Assembly: GCA_951406725.2 (NCBI GenBank)
Contig: OX597820.1
Coordinates: 36,766,001-36,830,000 of the forward strand
Reading direction: 5' to 3'
Source: Octopus vulgaris
Lineage: Eukaryota
DNA length: 64,000 nt
A model generated the notes under the pieces. That model had not been told where the DNA came from and made no database searches. It worked only from the letters and a program-made list of their open reading frames with translations. Of this stretch, positions 12,140-26,140 are shown one piece after another. A program made the position numbers and the translations under genes. The stretch's first letter is position 1; each line of letters starts with the position of its first letter.

Positions 12140-13060
12140 CCTATTACAATGAGCTTTGGCAGCCAGCAGATTTAAGGGACACCACTACTTAATGCTGGGA
12201 CCTAATACCTGCAAAAGGAATTGCCACTGTAAAGTCATTTGGTTTACTCCACCCTTTTCACTCAACATCAAGACATACATGGGAAGGATATTCCTCAGAT
12301 TAGTGAACAAGCACTTCACGTAATCCCATAGATATGGATTTTTATTTAATAGAAACAACTTAAGGGTCTCTTTCAGCTGTATGTTCAGTGCTAAAAAAGA
12401 TTTCAGTGAGCACCCCTAAACCCTGCACAGAAGCAGGATGCCCCTAAGGCTGTGGTCAAGGAGGCTGAGGTGGAGTCTGGCAGTAACAGTTGTGATAGCA
12501 GCACCAACAACGTATCCAGCGGTAACAATGATTGCAGCAGCAGCAGTAAGAGCAACATTAGTAGTACATCTGGCAGCAGTTGTAGCAGTACATCTGACAG
12601 TAACAGCAACACTGGCATTGGTAGTGGTAGCAACAGCAACAACTGCAGCACCAACATCGTATCTAGCAGCAATAGCAACAGCAACAACAGCAGCTGCACC
12701 AGCAACATGTGTAGCAGTAGTGCAAGGATCCAGACACAAAGATATGTTGGGGCAACAGAGAGCCCCTTCAAGCGATGTCTAAACAACCACAGGTCTTCTT
12801 TCAGGATCCCAGAGAGGTGCAATGATATATTATTGGTCAGCTGTGTATGGCCTTTAAAAGAATAGGGGATGTCATACAATATTAAACAGTAGCTCCTGGA
12901 ACAACCTGGACCATACCTTAATGAGAGTAGATAATGTAAACCTTGCATGGCCAAGAGAGCAAGGATCCTGAAGAACTTGCTTAACCAAGAGGCCTTCTTA
13001 AACTCCAAAAGTGAAGTATTTAGTTAATGCCCTCATCAGAGGAAATTTATGTTGAAAAAC
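12140..13060 (+). mobile_element. Penelope-like element 3' fragment (GIY-YIG region), pseudogenised
   Basis: KVIWFTPPFSLNIKTYMGRIFLRLVNKHF and YVGATESPFKRCLNNHRSSF motifs, interrupted by stops and a trinucleotide-rich tract. Confidence 0.75.
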
Positions 13061-15826
13061 ATGGAATTCCCCACTATAGCTATGTAAGCTGTTCCTGTGC
13101 TTACAGCCACAACAAGTCACAACAATTTTTAATAACATCCTATTGTAGGAAATAATTATAACTATTGGACAATTTTAATTACAAAATAACTATTTACAAT
13201 GAAAAATAAGCGCTACAGATTGTGGATATTTTTTAACAATTATTTTTTGTAAAATGATTTTATCTATAAGACAATTTTAAATATAGAAATAACTTTTAAT
13301 ATAAAGTAAGTCTAACGAATTACAATTTTAAACATAGAATAATTCATAATATAAAAGACAAAAATAAAATTTCAATTCAAAAGTTTATTTTAAAAAAGAG
13401 GCATGAAGATCATTTGGGCCATACCCTTATGATTTTTCCGTGCAATGGAATCTAAATTTATTTTATAATTTTTAAGTTAATTACACCTGATAAATGTTGA
13501 AGTGCAAAATTACTAAATTCATGTGATAACAGAATTGCATTTTATCTAATAGAAGTTCATCTTCAACATTTAGATGTTTTGAACAAACATTTCCATTGAA
13601 TTGTTAAATTTGAGCTGTGTTAATATTGGATTTTATGACTGATTTAATTTCATTGTTGGAACAAGCACAACTTCAAATATGTCCGAGAGCCATGAAATAT
13701 GTATGATACTGCAAAACTAAAATGCAGTGACACCATCATGCACTTCTAGATTGAACTGTGAAACTGCTTCAGCGGCTTGGATACTCTTTAACAAACTGAG
13801 TCCAAGGCTGAAAACCAGTAGCACAATTTTAAGCATCACATGTAAAGATTAATAACTCAAGAATTCAGGTTTACCAGGAACAAGCAAAAAGATTGGACAT
13901 AAGACTGCACTACAGAATTCATTGAGAGTTATAATTGTGCTTGGACACCATTAACTATCAAGTACTCAAAAGACAAACAATTCATTTTGCCTATGCTGGT
14001 GACAATGAATACTGTTGCTCTGGACATGAAACAGGTAGCTCCTGTTGAGGACTCATGAAAACTGAACCAACTTAAGTCAACTGTGAAGGGCTACCTATCA
14101 ACAAAAAAAAAAAATTCTTGGTATTCAAGGCGTAATTATTTTGAATTTTGAAGAAACATCACAGTCAATGATGTGACCATTTTATGACCCTACTCAACTA
14201 TGATTTGTTCATAGATACTACTCCTCACATATTATGAGTGCCTAAAATATAAAGGTGTGCAAATCTAACCACAAACTGAAGAACAAAGCCCCAGGTGTAG
14301 ATGGTTTGTCTGGCAAAATCCTCACAAATTATTTCAATGTCTTGTTTTCCTGGTTGTACAGTGTAATCACCTGCATCTAGGAACAGGAGACTTAAAATCT
14401 CTCCAACAAGACTGGAGTGACACAAGTCTCCTCTCTTTCTTTAAGAAGTATGATACATATTCTTGCAACAATTAATGAGGCATCGCAGCCAAGATATTCA
14501 CTGTCATTCTACGACAAAATTTCTCCATGAGCATCAACACAGAGCACAAAATCAGTACAAAAATCTTTGCTGATGCTCCATGTTTTGGATTTTGTGTCAA
14601 ATTCTGTTTGTTGTCATTGATAGAGTGATTCTTTTCAACAGCTCTTGCTCAAAAGATACCTCCCTGGGTTTTGGTAATGCATTCTGCTGTTGACAAAACA
14701 AAGTCATTTCTGATGTTACACCAGAGTCCTTCCCAGAATGACTTAAATGGTAAGGTAGACAGCTAAAAAGAGAATTAGTATGATCAAACTGGATCTTGAA
14801 TCAATGTATAGCATCTGCCATTAGAATCATGACTGGCATCAGGCATATGTGATTACATAGCATGGTCAGCTTCTGTGGATTCAGTTTCAGTTTTAACAAT
14901 ATATATATATATGTTTGTGTCTCCTTGTCATTAACATTGCATATTTGTAAATGAGTGTCAGTCATTTCCCTATTCAGCAAAAAACTTATAAGGCCATGGA
15001 AAAATATTACTTTGCTTGGAAATAAATGAGGGTTGGTGACAGGAAGGACATCTGGCCATCATAAGAATGCCTCAACAAACTCATGCAAACATGCACATTA
15101 AAAATGATAACAATGATGATCTATAATAGTTTAAATGCAGTCATCTGCAAGGGAACTCTTTTCAATTAAGACCTGACTTTTAAAGTAAATCACCCTTCCA
15201 GCTACACAAACTTACTATACTATAAATAACTGATAAAAGATATACATTGTAGATTATTGCAACTTCAATTTAAAGTCACAAAAGTAATTCCGTTACGAAA
15301 CACAACTATTGTCAGCTCATAACATTTTAATAGTGACAGATATCAGTGTAAGCAGATAAAATATTAAAATTTAATTATAAAATACATCAACTTTATTTGT
15401 TATTTAAATAAATGATCCCATTTATACATGTAAATCTATATACACTTCTTTAATCATGCTGAAGAATGTTCTGGAAATTCTCCAGATTGTGTTGGAGAGA
15501 GAAAAAAAAGAAAGTATAGTTTGTAAACATTGCAAATCAGTAAAATTATTTTTTTATTAATCAGTGAATGAAAAATTTTATTGAAAATTTTCTTAACTAT
15601 GTAAAATATTTGGGTGATATATAAAACAAATTTTTAGAAAATTAACAGTTAATAAAAATTACAACACACTGATTTATAACTTTTTGCAAATGTTACAAAA
15701 TATTCTTAAATAATTCAAGTAATATTATATAAACATGTCTTTCGTTAATTTTCTGTGATGTTCTTCAAACATTCATGGTATTAATTCCATTATGTCATAA
15801 AGTAATAATTTTACAAATTCTTTTAA

Positions 15827-17089
15827 TTATTTCCCTTGTTTTACAGTCTGTTTTTCATGTACTTTTTGTTTGTGATTAGTCAAAATTTTATTCTTAGAGA
15901 AAGTCCTACCACAGATGTTGCAGCGATATGGTTGCTCACCAGTGTGAACAGGTCTGTGGCGAGTTAAATGCTGATTATCATAAAATGTTTTACCACAAAT
16001 ATCACAACTGTATGGTCTCTCACCTGTGTGACCACGTACATGAATCTTTAAATGTGTATTCTGAGAGAATGTTTTACCACAGATATCACAGTGGTATGGT
16101 TTCTCACCAGTGTGAACCCGTACATGTTGAGTTAAATGAACATTCTGAGAGAATGTTTTACCACAGGTTTTACAGTGGTATGGTCTTTCACCTGTGTGGA
16201 TGCGTATATGATTAGTTAACCTACTACTACGAGTGAATGTTTTCCCACAAATATCACAGTGGTATGGTCTAATTCCTATGTGAGCTTGTTTGTGACTAGC
16301 CAAACTATAATATGCAGAGAAGGCTTTCCCACAGATATCACAATGGTATGGTTTCTCACCAGTGTGGGTACGTCTGTGGACAGTCATGTTACCTCTTCCA
16401 GAGAATGTTTTCCCACAGACATCACAACAGTGTGGCTTTTCACTTGTGTGAATGTATTTGTGAACATTTAAATTAGAACTTCGGGAGAATGTTTTACCAC
16501 ATATACCACACTGATATGGTTTCTCACCTGTATGAATACGTATGTGATGAGTTAAGCTGTCAGTCTGAGAGAATGTTTTCCCACAGATATCACAGTGATA
16601 TGGTTTCTCACCTGAGTGAATATATTTGTGTCTACTCAAATGACTTAGCTGAGTGAAACTTCTCCCACAAATATCACAGTTATATGGCTTTTCACCAGTA
16701 TGAATACGTCTATGATTAGTCAAAGTACTGCTGACAGAAAAGGTTTTGTCACAAATATCACAGTGGTGTGGTTTCTTGCTTCTGTGAATAAGTTTGTGTC
16801 TAGTCAAATATGAATTTTGAAGGAATACTTTACCACAAATTAAGCATTCAAAATCTTTTTGATCTGACTGAACACCCTTTGAGAATAAACGAGTTTTTGC
16901 AATTGCTTTGCTGTAAATTTTTTTAACCTTAAGGCTTGTAAGCAGTACATTAGACTGTGTAAATGTTTTCTTATGAATGTCAAAGGGACATGATTGCTTT
17001 TGTACATCTACATGTACCAGATTAGATATGTCATTGGATTCAGGCTGTGTTTGATCATAAACCTGGTTTTCACAAAGCTTTTCTTCCAT
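15827..17089 (-). CDS. C2H2 zinc-finger protein ZF2, 12 fingers, MEEKLCE leader
   Basis: 420-aa ORF with an ATG start, a leader of about 80 aa, then 12 canonical fingers. Confidence 0.95.
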   Translation of the reverse strand: MEEKLCENQVYDQTQPESNDISNLVHVDVQKQSCPFDIHKKTFTQSNVLLTSLKVKKIYSKAIAKTRLFSKGVQSDQKDFECLICGKVFLQNSYLTRHKLIHRSKKPHHCDICDKTFSVSSTLTNHRRIHTGEKPYNCDICGRSFTQLSHLSRHKYIHSGEKPYHCDICGKTFSQTDSLTHHIRIHTGEKPYQCGICGKTFSRSSNLNVHKYIHTSEKPHCCDVCGKTFSGRGNMTVHRRTHTGEKPYHCDICGKAFSAYYSLASHKQAHIGIRPYHCDICGKTFTRSSRLTNHIRIHTGERPYHCKTCGKTFSQNVHLTQHVRVHTGEKPYHCDICGKTFSQNTHLKIHVRGHTGERPYSCDICGKTFYDNQHLTRHRPVHTGEQPYRCNICGRTFSKNKILTNHKQKVHEKQTVKQGK

Positions 17090-18518
17090 AATTTTCTTCT
17101 TTCTTCAATGATATATTTAAAAAAAAGGAGATTGATTTATAATGTTCAATGAAAGGTAAGCAAATTCTATGAAACTTCTTAAATACTAAAGTTAGAATGA
17201 ATTTTCTTTTACAATAAAAGTTGAGATTTCACAAAGTCTGAAGATATCTCCTTCATAAGGAAACAATTACAAGATATTTTATTAGGACAGTTTCATTTCC
17301 TAGAGTTCAATATTGCAAACAAAAATCAGCAAATAAACAAACTCCAGTTCTCGTGATCCACTCTGATATGAAAAGACATTATAGATAAACCAAATTGAAT
17401 CTTCATGTTCTATGTCTCTGTTACAATCTATTGTGTTCTTGATATAATGATAATCTTCTGTTTTCAAAATCAAATTTCTTGATATCAGCAATTACTATTT
17501 CAGTATCTACACAAATCCTGAAGTGAAGAATATAATGATATAATGTAGAACGGACGTTATGTACAGAGAACAGACACAATAGTACAGACATACAGTGAAA
17601 ACAAATGAAAATTTTGAAGGGAAAAAAATACAGGGATAATAGATTTAGACAAGCAGAATATTTTTTATTAGTGTTAAAATATAGAAAGTTTAGAGTAATA
17701 GTATGTATAAACAGATTGATTTAAATGTCTTTATATCCACCTATCCATGCTAACAGAACCACCTCTGTTTACTACAAGAGAGCCTATATGTAATTAATGA
17801 ATGCGAGAAATAGGAGCCAAATATTCCTGGAATTATAACCTGTCTTGAAAATGAAATGTAGCTTGAGAAAAAGTGGGCTGGCGTGTTATAGAAACCTAGC
17901 TCAAACTCGCGCACTTTTATGTTGTTTCAGTGTTTTGTTTAAATAAAGGAGAAACAAATTCTTTATTTAAGGAATGTTCTGTTTTCAGAATGTCTCAAGA
18001 TAAGATTTCTAATATGGCACTTTTCCTGTCGTATCATAGAATGGTTAATACATGTTAACACAAAAACTATTTGAGGTAGTTATCGTTTTCGTCCGCACGA
18101 TCTGATTTGGTTTGAATTTCCAACATTAATGTAGTTTTACATGCTAGTCATGAAAATTACATTGTTTTTTTTTTTTTTCACACTATTTAAAAATGAAAAT
18201 GTTACAACCCTTTAAAATTCGAATTTTTTTGCTAGTTTTAGCCAATAGAGATTAAACATAAATGTAAATAACATCTCACCATTAATACATATCGCGGATT
18301 GTTACAACAAAGTTGTTTGCACGAGAAATACTAAAATATCCTGTTCAGCAATTAGCTATTGACAATAGATCAACTTACTGTTTTCCTTCCGTATTTTCAT
18401 ACTATTTGATGCAATAATATTTAGAAATGAAGTGAAATCCAACATCTTGCTCCTTCCATGAACTCAAAATCGATGACAGATCAACTTGAAATTCATTAAT
18501 ACAGAGCTGATGAATGTA

Positions 18519-18545
18519 TCATTAGCCGCCATTTCGTAAAAAAAA
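18519..18545 (-). promoter_or_regulatory. Conserved upstream motif of ZF2
   Basis: tcattagccgccatttcgtaaaaaa. Confidence 0.65.
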
Positions 18546-18644
18546 TAATCCTTATAAACTTAAATGATTGGCTTTATTGCATAACAGAGGGTTCATAGAT
18601 TGACTGTTGTTATCGAATGATTTCATTATTTAAATTTTATAAGG

Positions 18645-18790
18645 GCAATGAAATGGCAGAATCGTTCGACTGTTGGTAAAAATGCGTTGCACCATTCGTT
18701 TCGGCTCTTTAAACGTTCTGAGTTCAAGTTCCACCGACGTCAACTTAGCCTTACATCGCTCCAGGGCCGATAAAATAAAATACCAACTAA
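18645..18790 (+). mobile_element. Degenerate SINE 5' region (second family)
   Basis: tggcagaatcgtt A-box-like and gagttcaagttcc B-box-like motifs, followed by gataaaataa..tacca. Confidence 0.6.
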
Positions 18791-20041
18791 GTCTGTGTGT
18801 GTGTGTGCGTTGGTCATTCGGTAATGTCTGATTATTTTTTGCGACTGCTACTGTGTTGGGCCGTTCATATTGAATATGTGGTTCTATGTTGGCTGCTCGA
18901 CTGGCGCAAGTTAACTGCTGACTGTCTGCTTGTCTCTTGACAGTCCACCTGGTGATGGCTACTTTCCCTCTGCCGTATGTCTGACTGTATTTATAATGGT
19001 CATGACAGCTAGAAGGACAGACACACCACAGGAGTAATTTCTACCTGTGTAGGTCGCCTCCTGTCCACTTGAACCTTAAATGACACAACTCAGGTTTTAT
19101 GTCGAAGAGAAATCCATCCATCACTTTTTGACAGGACAACGAAATTTGTTTCACGCCTGTTTGGCCAGTGGTGGATCAAACGAGCGAGAATCATTAGATT
19201 CGATTTCGAATTTCAGCTCGGAAAAAGGAAGTGCTAGTTTTTACAAACTATATTAACTAATGTGTCTTTTTTAAGACAGTACGGTGTGATTTGGTTGCTT
19301 TTGCTTTTTTCTCTTAAAATGAAACATTTGGTTTTCGTTTCTGTATTTCATGTAATTCTTGATGTTTTTATATCCCGCCCCCAATCTCCACGGAAAATTT
19401 GCCGTACTTCTTCACATTCACCAGTTTCTGGATAGAACACTTTACTCCACATTCTTTCATTTAGACTTCTCTCTAAATCTTTCTTGGGCAGTCGGAGGAT
19501 GGCTGCTATCTGCCACGACATTATTTGTATGATGTCTCTCAAAGAGGGATAATGTATTTCACTAAACGCTACAGAAGCATTATTTCTTTTCACATCTTAA
19601 TATGCAACAGGACTTTCTTTCCAGCCTAATTTCTTGATCATTACAACCATAATGAAAGTTAGACACTTTCACAGATATATATTGTTCTGAAAAACTTAAA
19701 CTCCTACTTCAACTGTTGTTTATTGTAGAGCTGAGGCGATTTTCCTTTTCGACTTGCACTTTAGATTAAATACCAAAAAAATATGGATATTAGTGTCTTA
19801 CTAATGTTTTCTCAAGAAAGAAATTCAAGATTTATCTTGAGAGTTGGGAGTACTATTGAAGCTATCATCGAATCCATCAATAAAACAAATAAATCAACGG
19901 TGTAGTCCTGTGGGAACAGTGTTCCCTTACATTTTCGGAGAGGGGAAACAGTGTTACCTCACTATTGCACAGAAATCCAAGCTTAAAATTGTGTAACGTA
20001 TTGAAAATGTCCACCTTTAAAATTACTTTTGCTTCAGCTGA

Positions 20042-20083
<42 letters not shown>

Positions 20084-20094
20084 AATATCTCTTT

Positions 20095-20425
20095 GAAAAT
20101 CAAAGAAAAAGAAGATATCTATGGACAACCGCTTCGAAACCTCCAGCTTCTATATCCAGACTATGAATTCATATTCATACCAATAATTGGAGCACTAGGT
20201 TTTGTTAGTAATTGCTGGGAAAACTGGGATTTTCAGAAAGAGAAATCGACCGGCTTATTCGTACAATTGCAATCTGTAAGTGGAACAGTAAAAATATGCA
20301 AGACTTTTCTCAAGTTCCAAATGTGAATTTGCCTGTGTTAACTACATCCCAAAGAGGGAACTTTGTATCATTGTTGGAAACCGGCTCCCTTCTCAGTGGA
20401 AGATCTATAATAATTTTAAAAAAAT
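20095..20425 (+). mobile_element. R4/Dong-like (RLE-type) non-LTR retrotransposon 3' end
   Basis: EKEDIYG..LRNLQLLYPDYEFIFIPIIGALG..LGF..LQSVSGTVKICKTFLKF resembles RLE-clade C-termini; flanked by (CA)n and (GA)n. Confidence 0.65.
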
Positions 20426-21613
20426 AGAAGAAACACATACAGACAGAGAGAGAGAGAGAGAGAGAGAGAAAGTGAGTGACGGTGGGGAACGTATATTCAA
20501 TATCAAAGACGTCCACACATTCCATACACAGTCTTGATAAGCGATTGTCTTTTGAGAGACACAAGGGAACGAAGGGGCTGACAGAATTCACACACACATC
20601 CATCCATCCAGCATCTTCGCCCACCATTCCTAGGAGGGGGGTCATTGGGATAGAGTCCTCAGGTACCTCCTCCATCAGAAGCAACTATCATTAGACTTCC
20701 AGATGGATTCCCAAGTGTGACCATATGAGACGAGAGATATTATCCAACCATATCGTTCTTAGTTTACTCCAAGGTCTCCTATAGGTTGGCTTAGCTTCAA
20801 GTGTCTATCTTGCGATTATTTCCTGCGGTTTTCTGATCAAGTGTCCAGAGCTGTGACCTTTTATCGCAGGGAAATTGGGGCTCGACCTGGAGAGAGTCCT
20901 TCATCTTGGAGCTACATACCTCGCTCGGTCCTGGAACCGAAACTACAATCTTAAAATCATGAGTGCAACATCCCTAACCACTAAGCCACACACCTCTACA
21001 TTATCTAAAATGTATCTGGAAAATTTCATGAAAAAATGACTTGAAAAAGATGCATGGTAACAAGGCCGGAAAATTTAATTGTGCCAGTAGTTGGTGCAAA
21101 TTACGGCGCACATGTTGATGTAACCCGACCCCTTCCCCACTTAAAAATTATTTTTATTTTTACGGAAACCCACATTTTCGACTATGGAGATTCCGATTCT
21201 GAGAAAAAAATTGGCAAAATCGCAACTTCAAAATTTACCCCCCCCCCCACACACACACACGCATTTTTTTTATTTTTCGCTTTTTCAGAAATTTTTTTAG
21301 GCGAAATACAGAAACAAACAGAAAAATACAGAGATTATGATTCTGAAAAAAAAAAAAAAAAAAAAATTGCTGCTAATGTCGCTGGCCATTAACTGTGGCA
21401 ATGTCTTTGTTATTTATGTCTGCAGACGCATTTGAATACACCGTTCGGACTCTTATTACCTCCCCTCCCATTTTCTTTCGTTGCTAATTTCACTTTTTCT
21501 TTTCTTTGTTTCCTTGTTGAAAGAATCTAGGGGCTGCTATTTGGATGGTTGGATTCTATTTTCACTTATATTTTTCTAAAGCGAAAGATCGCTTTAATTT
21601 TTCGATAATATAG

Positions 21614-21636
21614 TTTTTTTACGAAAGAAAACTTAG
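21614..21636 (+). promoter_or_regulatory. Diverged upstream motif of ZF3, inverted with the gene
   Basis: tttttttacgaaagaaaacttag; the TTTTACGAAAG half is kept and the GGCTG half is lost. Confidence 0.45.
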
Positions 21637-22164
21637 TAATGTCTGGATAAAGATTTATCGCTTGATTTAGTCTGACAACGAATTTGTCCAAATGTTTATA
21701 ATTTCTATCAATTTCATTAGCTTCTTCTGTCCGTCAATGTTATTACGAAATGCAAAAAGAAATATTATACTAAGTGACGAGAAATTACATAAGCCTAACT
21801 ATCAACAGACTGTATTTTCGGGTATTTATTATCTTTTTTAGTTTCTTTCCCTAAACATTTGTAACTAATTTTTTTCTTTATATTTTGCCGATTCCACAAG
21901 TTTCTTTCTTACACGCACGCACACACACACACACGCACCAAAATTACTTGAGTTTAAACCATGATAATCTTCATTTTTTTTTTTGTTTCCTTTAATATGC
22001 TTCTGAACTTCAAACAGCGAGTTAGAACATACTTGGGGAATCCGTAAACTTTTATTAATCGTATAACATATCCTGAATCTCGAGAATTAGTTATTTTTAA
22101 TCCAATCCTTATGACTTGAGGGTGTTAATATAACATGGGTACGCCACACATCCACTTTACTGGC

Positions 22165-22482
22165 ACTCCGCGGATTCCGACGAGTGTTCTGGTTGATCCA
22201 ATCAATGGAACAGCCTGCTTGTGAAATGAATGTGCAAGTAGCTGAGCACTCTCCTGACACGCGTACCTTCACGTAGTTCTCAGGGAGATTCAGCGTGACA
22301 CAAAATGTTACAAAGCTGGCCGTTTGAAGCATTGGAACAACTCATTTTTTGCCACCTGAGTGAACTGGAGCAACGGGAAATAAAATGTCTTGCTCAAGGA
22401 CAGAACTTGTCGCCATGAATCGAACTCATAATCTTACGATCGTGAGCCGAATACTCTAACCACTAGGCCATGCGCCTTCACT
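22165..22482 (-). mobile_element. tRNA-derived SINE (third family)
   Basis: Minus-strand head TGGCCTAGTGGTTAGAGTA..GAGTTCGATTC (A/B boxes) and a cttgagcaagaca core. Confidence 0.7.
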
Positions 22483-23637
22483 ACACGCTCACTGGGCATT
22501 TGGGAAAGACACATAGTGCTAGTCTTACACTCACCTGTGACATGAGTCTGTTCATTAGTTTGTGTTTGAATCATGCATTAGGACTCCTTGCCAAATTCAA
22601 CATTTTTAGTTTTACCTTCATAGAATTAGAGTACATAATCTAATATATGAAAATTCCGAGACATTTCATAGCCAAACGGCACAGGCACAAATTTGCTAAT
22701 GGGACAGGACACCGGGACATATGGTATCTCTTTTTCCCCCTACGATGAAATTTATATGGAATGATTAGCATTAAGTAAGCAGGAGTTTTCTAGCCCCCCC
22801 CCCCCCCCTGCACTGCAGCAGGCCGAGTCAGTTACTAGTCTTTATAGAAAGACAAAGTCAAGCACAGCAGTGTATAAGTTGTTGGGTCTTCTATCCCTTA
22901 TGTCAGAAACAATGTCACTGACTCTGACTCAGTTTCCCCAGGCATTCCCTTTCTACCACTTTCTCCAACAAGTAGTAGTAATAATCCTTTCTAAAATAGG
23001 CTCAAGGCCTGAAATTTTACAGGAGAGGACTAGTTGACTATATTGAAACCAGTGCTCAGCTGGTACTTATTTTGTCAACTCCAAATGATGAAAAGTAGTA
23101 GTAATAATGACAGCACAGATATAGATGGCAATTCCATCCTCATATAAGTCCACCACACTATTCTAGATTACCTAAGCCCAGTAAGCCTGTGTTATATTTT
23201 TTGTTACTTTTTTATTATTTATTGATTGTATGTTAATAAACTTCATTGTAAATATTATTCTAACCATGAAACAATATTATTGAGTGTTTAAAAATTGTTT
23301 GTAGGTGATATTAGGGAGACAATTTTGTGATCATGCAATGAAACCTATTTTTTTGACATATTCTATTATTAATTTATCACGGATTCATTTAACATATTCT
23401 TTTTTTAAAACCAAACCCCCATGATAAACAAGGATAGACATGCATATATGTGTGTGTATGTTCTGTGTGTGCACACACAAATACAATAGGTTTCAATTTC
23501 TGTCTACCAAATTAACTTACTAAGCTTCAGATGGCCTGGAGCTATAGCAGAAGACGCTCATGTGAGATGCAGTGAGATTGAACTTATAGATGGTGGATTG
23601 GTCCATTTAATGCGACTCACTCAGAAGGCTATAATAT

Positions 23638-24887
23638 TGTTACGGAACGGAGCGGAATCGCCCGTCGTCGCTCGTCCCGAACGGCTCACACACTAGTTCC
23701 GCCACGGAGCCCAAAGAGGCGGAGAGAGGAGATACAGATACAACAACCACCACAACCTCAACAGCACAGAGATACAGAGGCACAACCCGAGATACAACCC
23801 AAAGAGGCACAGAGGCAACAGAGACACTGGCTTATATTCAACAACTACTAGTTTATATGACAATCAATTGCTACACATCAAATACATTTAAGGCAAACAA
23901 CAAATCAATACATCATACGGGTATACCACAGATCAATGCATTTAACAACATCATGTAACAATATATCAGTCCGGAGACACAACAAGTCATATACAGTATT
24001 TCAAAGGTACACGTCCGAAGACACAGTTCTTTTAAAGTCTTTTCTAAACATCACAGATAATGTCACATCAACACAATTCTGAACATGAATACCACAACTC
24101 GATAATCGACATATCGACAAGTCCTTGACTGTTCTTTTCACTGTTCAATACATCGTGACACGTATCAATGCACAAACACATACCTCAATTCCTAATTGAA
24201 TCTGCCAGTGTCCCATTCCTCTCAATCCTGCCAATTCCTCTGAATACTGCCAAATCCTTCTGTACATATCCCTTCTGCATATTCCAATCGCCTGCTCTTC
24301 AAATCCCAAGATCCCTGCTGATCTGTCCAAGATCCGTCTGTGTTCTTCCACGACCAACTACCAACTGCCCAGATCCGTCCTTCCTGACGACCAACTGCGA
24401 ACTGCCCTTCTTGACGACCAACTACGAACTGCCCTTCTTGACGACCAACTACGAACTGCCCAGATCCGTCCTTCCTGACAACCAACTGCGAACTGCCCTT
24501 CTTGACGACCAACTACGAACTGCCCTTCTTGACGACCAACTACCAACTGCCAAGACCTCACTTCGTCTCTGTGCTTCCTCCACTCCCTCATCTCCCTCTG
24601 TTCTACCACCTATAGTCTTTCTATTTGCTATCTGATTCCTTACTCTATCTATATCGCCTACTGTCCCTTAGTCTTATACTCTATCTCTCTCATGACAGCT
24701 CTACCAAACTCTCTGCCTGTCCTTCTCTCCTACTGTCAATACCCTCTCCATCTGCTCTTAGATTCCCTTAATCTGTCTTCCTCTTTCACATTCTTCACTG
24801 ACCCTTAATTCACCTGAATCTGACAGGACAATGGGTTTATCCTAAAGTAGGTCATTGGGACATACTACACTAGCTAACCCCGTAACA
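23638..24887. mobile_element. Solo LTR (Gypsy-like), 1250 bp
   Basis: TGTTACGG...CCGTAACA inverted termini, 4-bp TSD atat, and an internal minisatellite. Confidence 0.85.
24350..24550. repeat. Minisatellite within the LTR (acgaccaactacgaactgcccttcttg-type units)
   Basis: About 6-7 imperfect tandem units in two length variants. Confidence 0.9.
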
Positions 24888-26140
24888 ATATCATTTAACA
24901 GGAACAAGGTACAAAGAAATACATGAAACAAGGTGGTGACTTTAAATGTCTTTAATGCTGGCCCCAAATATATATACACAAGCTGAATGAAAATGATTGA
25001 TGGATATTTATTCATACATCTACATGCATTTGCATGGGTTGTATGTTAGCTGTTAACCCTGGTGAGGAAAGCTCATGAACAGCGATATGTTAGAACCAGT
25101 GCAGTATGTTGGTGCTCTTTAGATGTTGTTGACAACGTTGGTGAGAGACATGATGGTGGCAACAAAGATGGAGGTCACTGCAATGTGGTCAGTAGTTAGA
25201 CCTTAGAAGGTCTGGAACCAACAGACTCCGAACTAGAAGGAGGTGAGTTTTTATAGCTGATGGTAGGCTCAACTAGTGTTTAGAACAGACTGTCTCACGT
25301 GTTTATATGGAGGCTGTGATTGGTTGTGTTGCATATTGGTGCGCGATAGAGTAAGAGACAAATACCAACCAATCAGAGTGGTAGACACAACAGGGTCCAA
25401 AACAGTGCTCAAAGGTTAGCTGTCACCTTCTACATTCGTATGTATATATATATATATATATATAAGAGAGAGAGTAAGTTCACTACAGACAGTCCCCCCA
25501 CCCCCAAGTCATTTTGTGGGAGACAAAATAGATGATAAAAGGAAGATATTTCTGTAGCAAAGAGGTGAGATTAAATAAAGAAAATTTCTCATTTGTAAAT
25601 TTGCAACAAATATGTTATGTTTCTAAATATTATCAACACTGTTGCAATCTACTCCATTGAAAGCCTACCTCTACAAAATTTCATTAAAAAACGTGTATTT
25701 TTCAGAAAGTTATTGTCTGGCACCAAGCCTTGTATATGCCCTCATTATACACCACTATGTTAACCCCCTCTCTTTATACAATATAAAGCATGATTGGATA
25801 AATCAATCAACCAACAATTATTTGGTTATTATAAAGAGATTTTGTCTCATTTTTTAATTTTTATTTCAGATTTTCTTTTGACATTGAGAGAACATCAACA
25901 AATGTATGAAATTTTAAAGACTGCTGAATTACATTATCATCAAGAAAGCTTGTGACAGTTTATCTAACTATGATTAAATTACTGTAAAAAATTAAATTTC
26001 ATTAATAATTGTGGTGTTGATTGGAAATATATTAGTTGGATGGTGATGGTCATATTGGAGAAAATTTGACATTACACCAGAACTATATTTTTGTTGTGTC
26101 TGATATTTGTTTCTTTGAAATATTGGCAAAAGAGTAAATT

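Noticed and set aside
12403-13008. Leu-rich or Ala/Val-rich ORFs
   Set aside because: Alternative frames of a trinucleotide-rich tract.
13600-14850. Coding-like decayed sequence (also 27830-28340 and 33350-34100)
   Set aside because: Probably old transposon relics, but I could not read a diagnostic motif; needs translated searches.
24350-24550. CRISPR-like appearance of repeats here and at 52272-52384
   Set aside because: No unique spacers, no cas genes, eukaryotic context; these are LTR-internal minisatellites.
25040-25434. Possible third solo LTR (TGTA..TACA, CCAAT boxes)
   Set aside because: No TSD found and boundaries unsupported.
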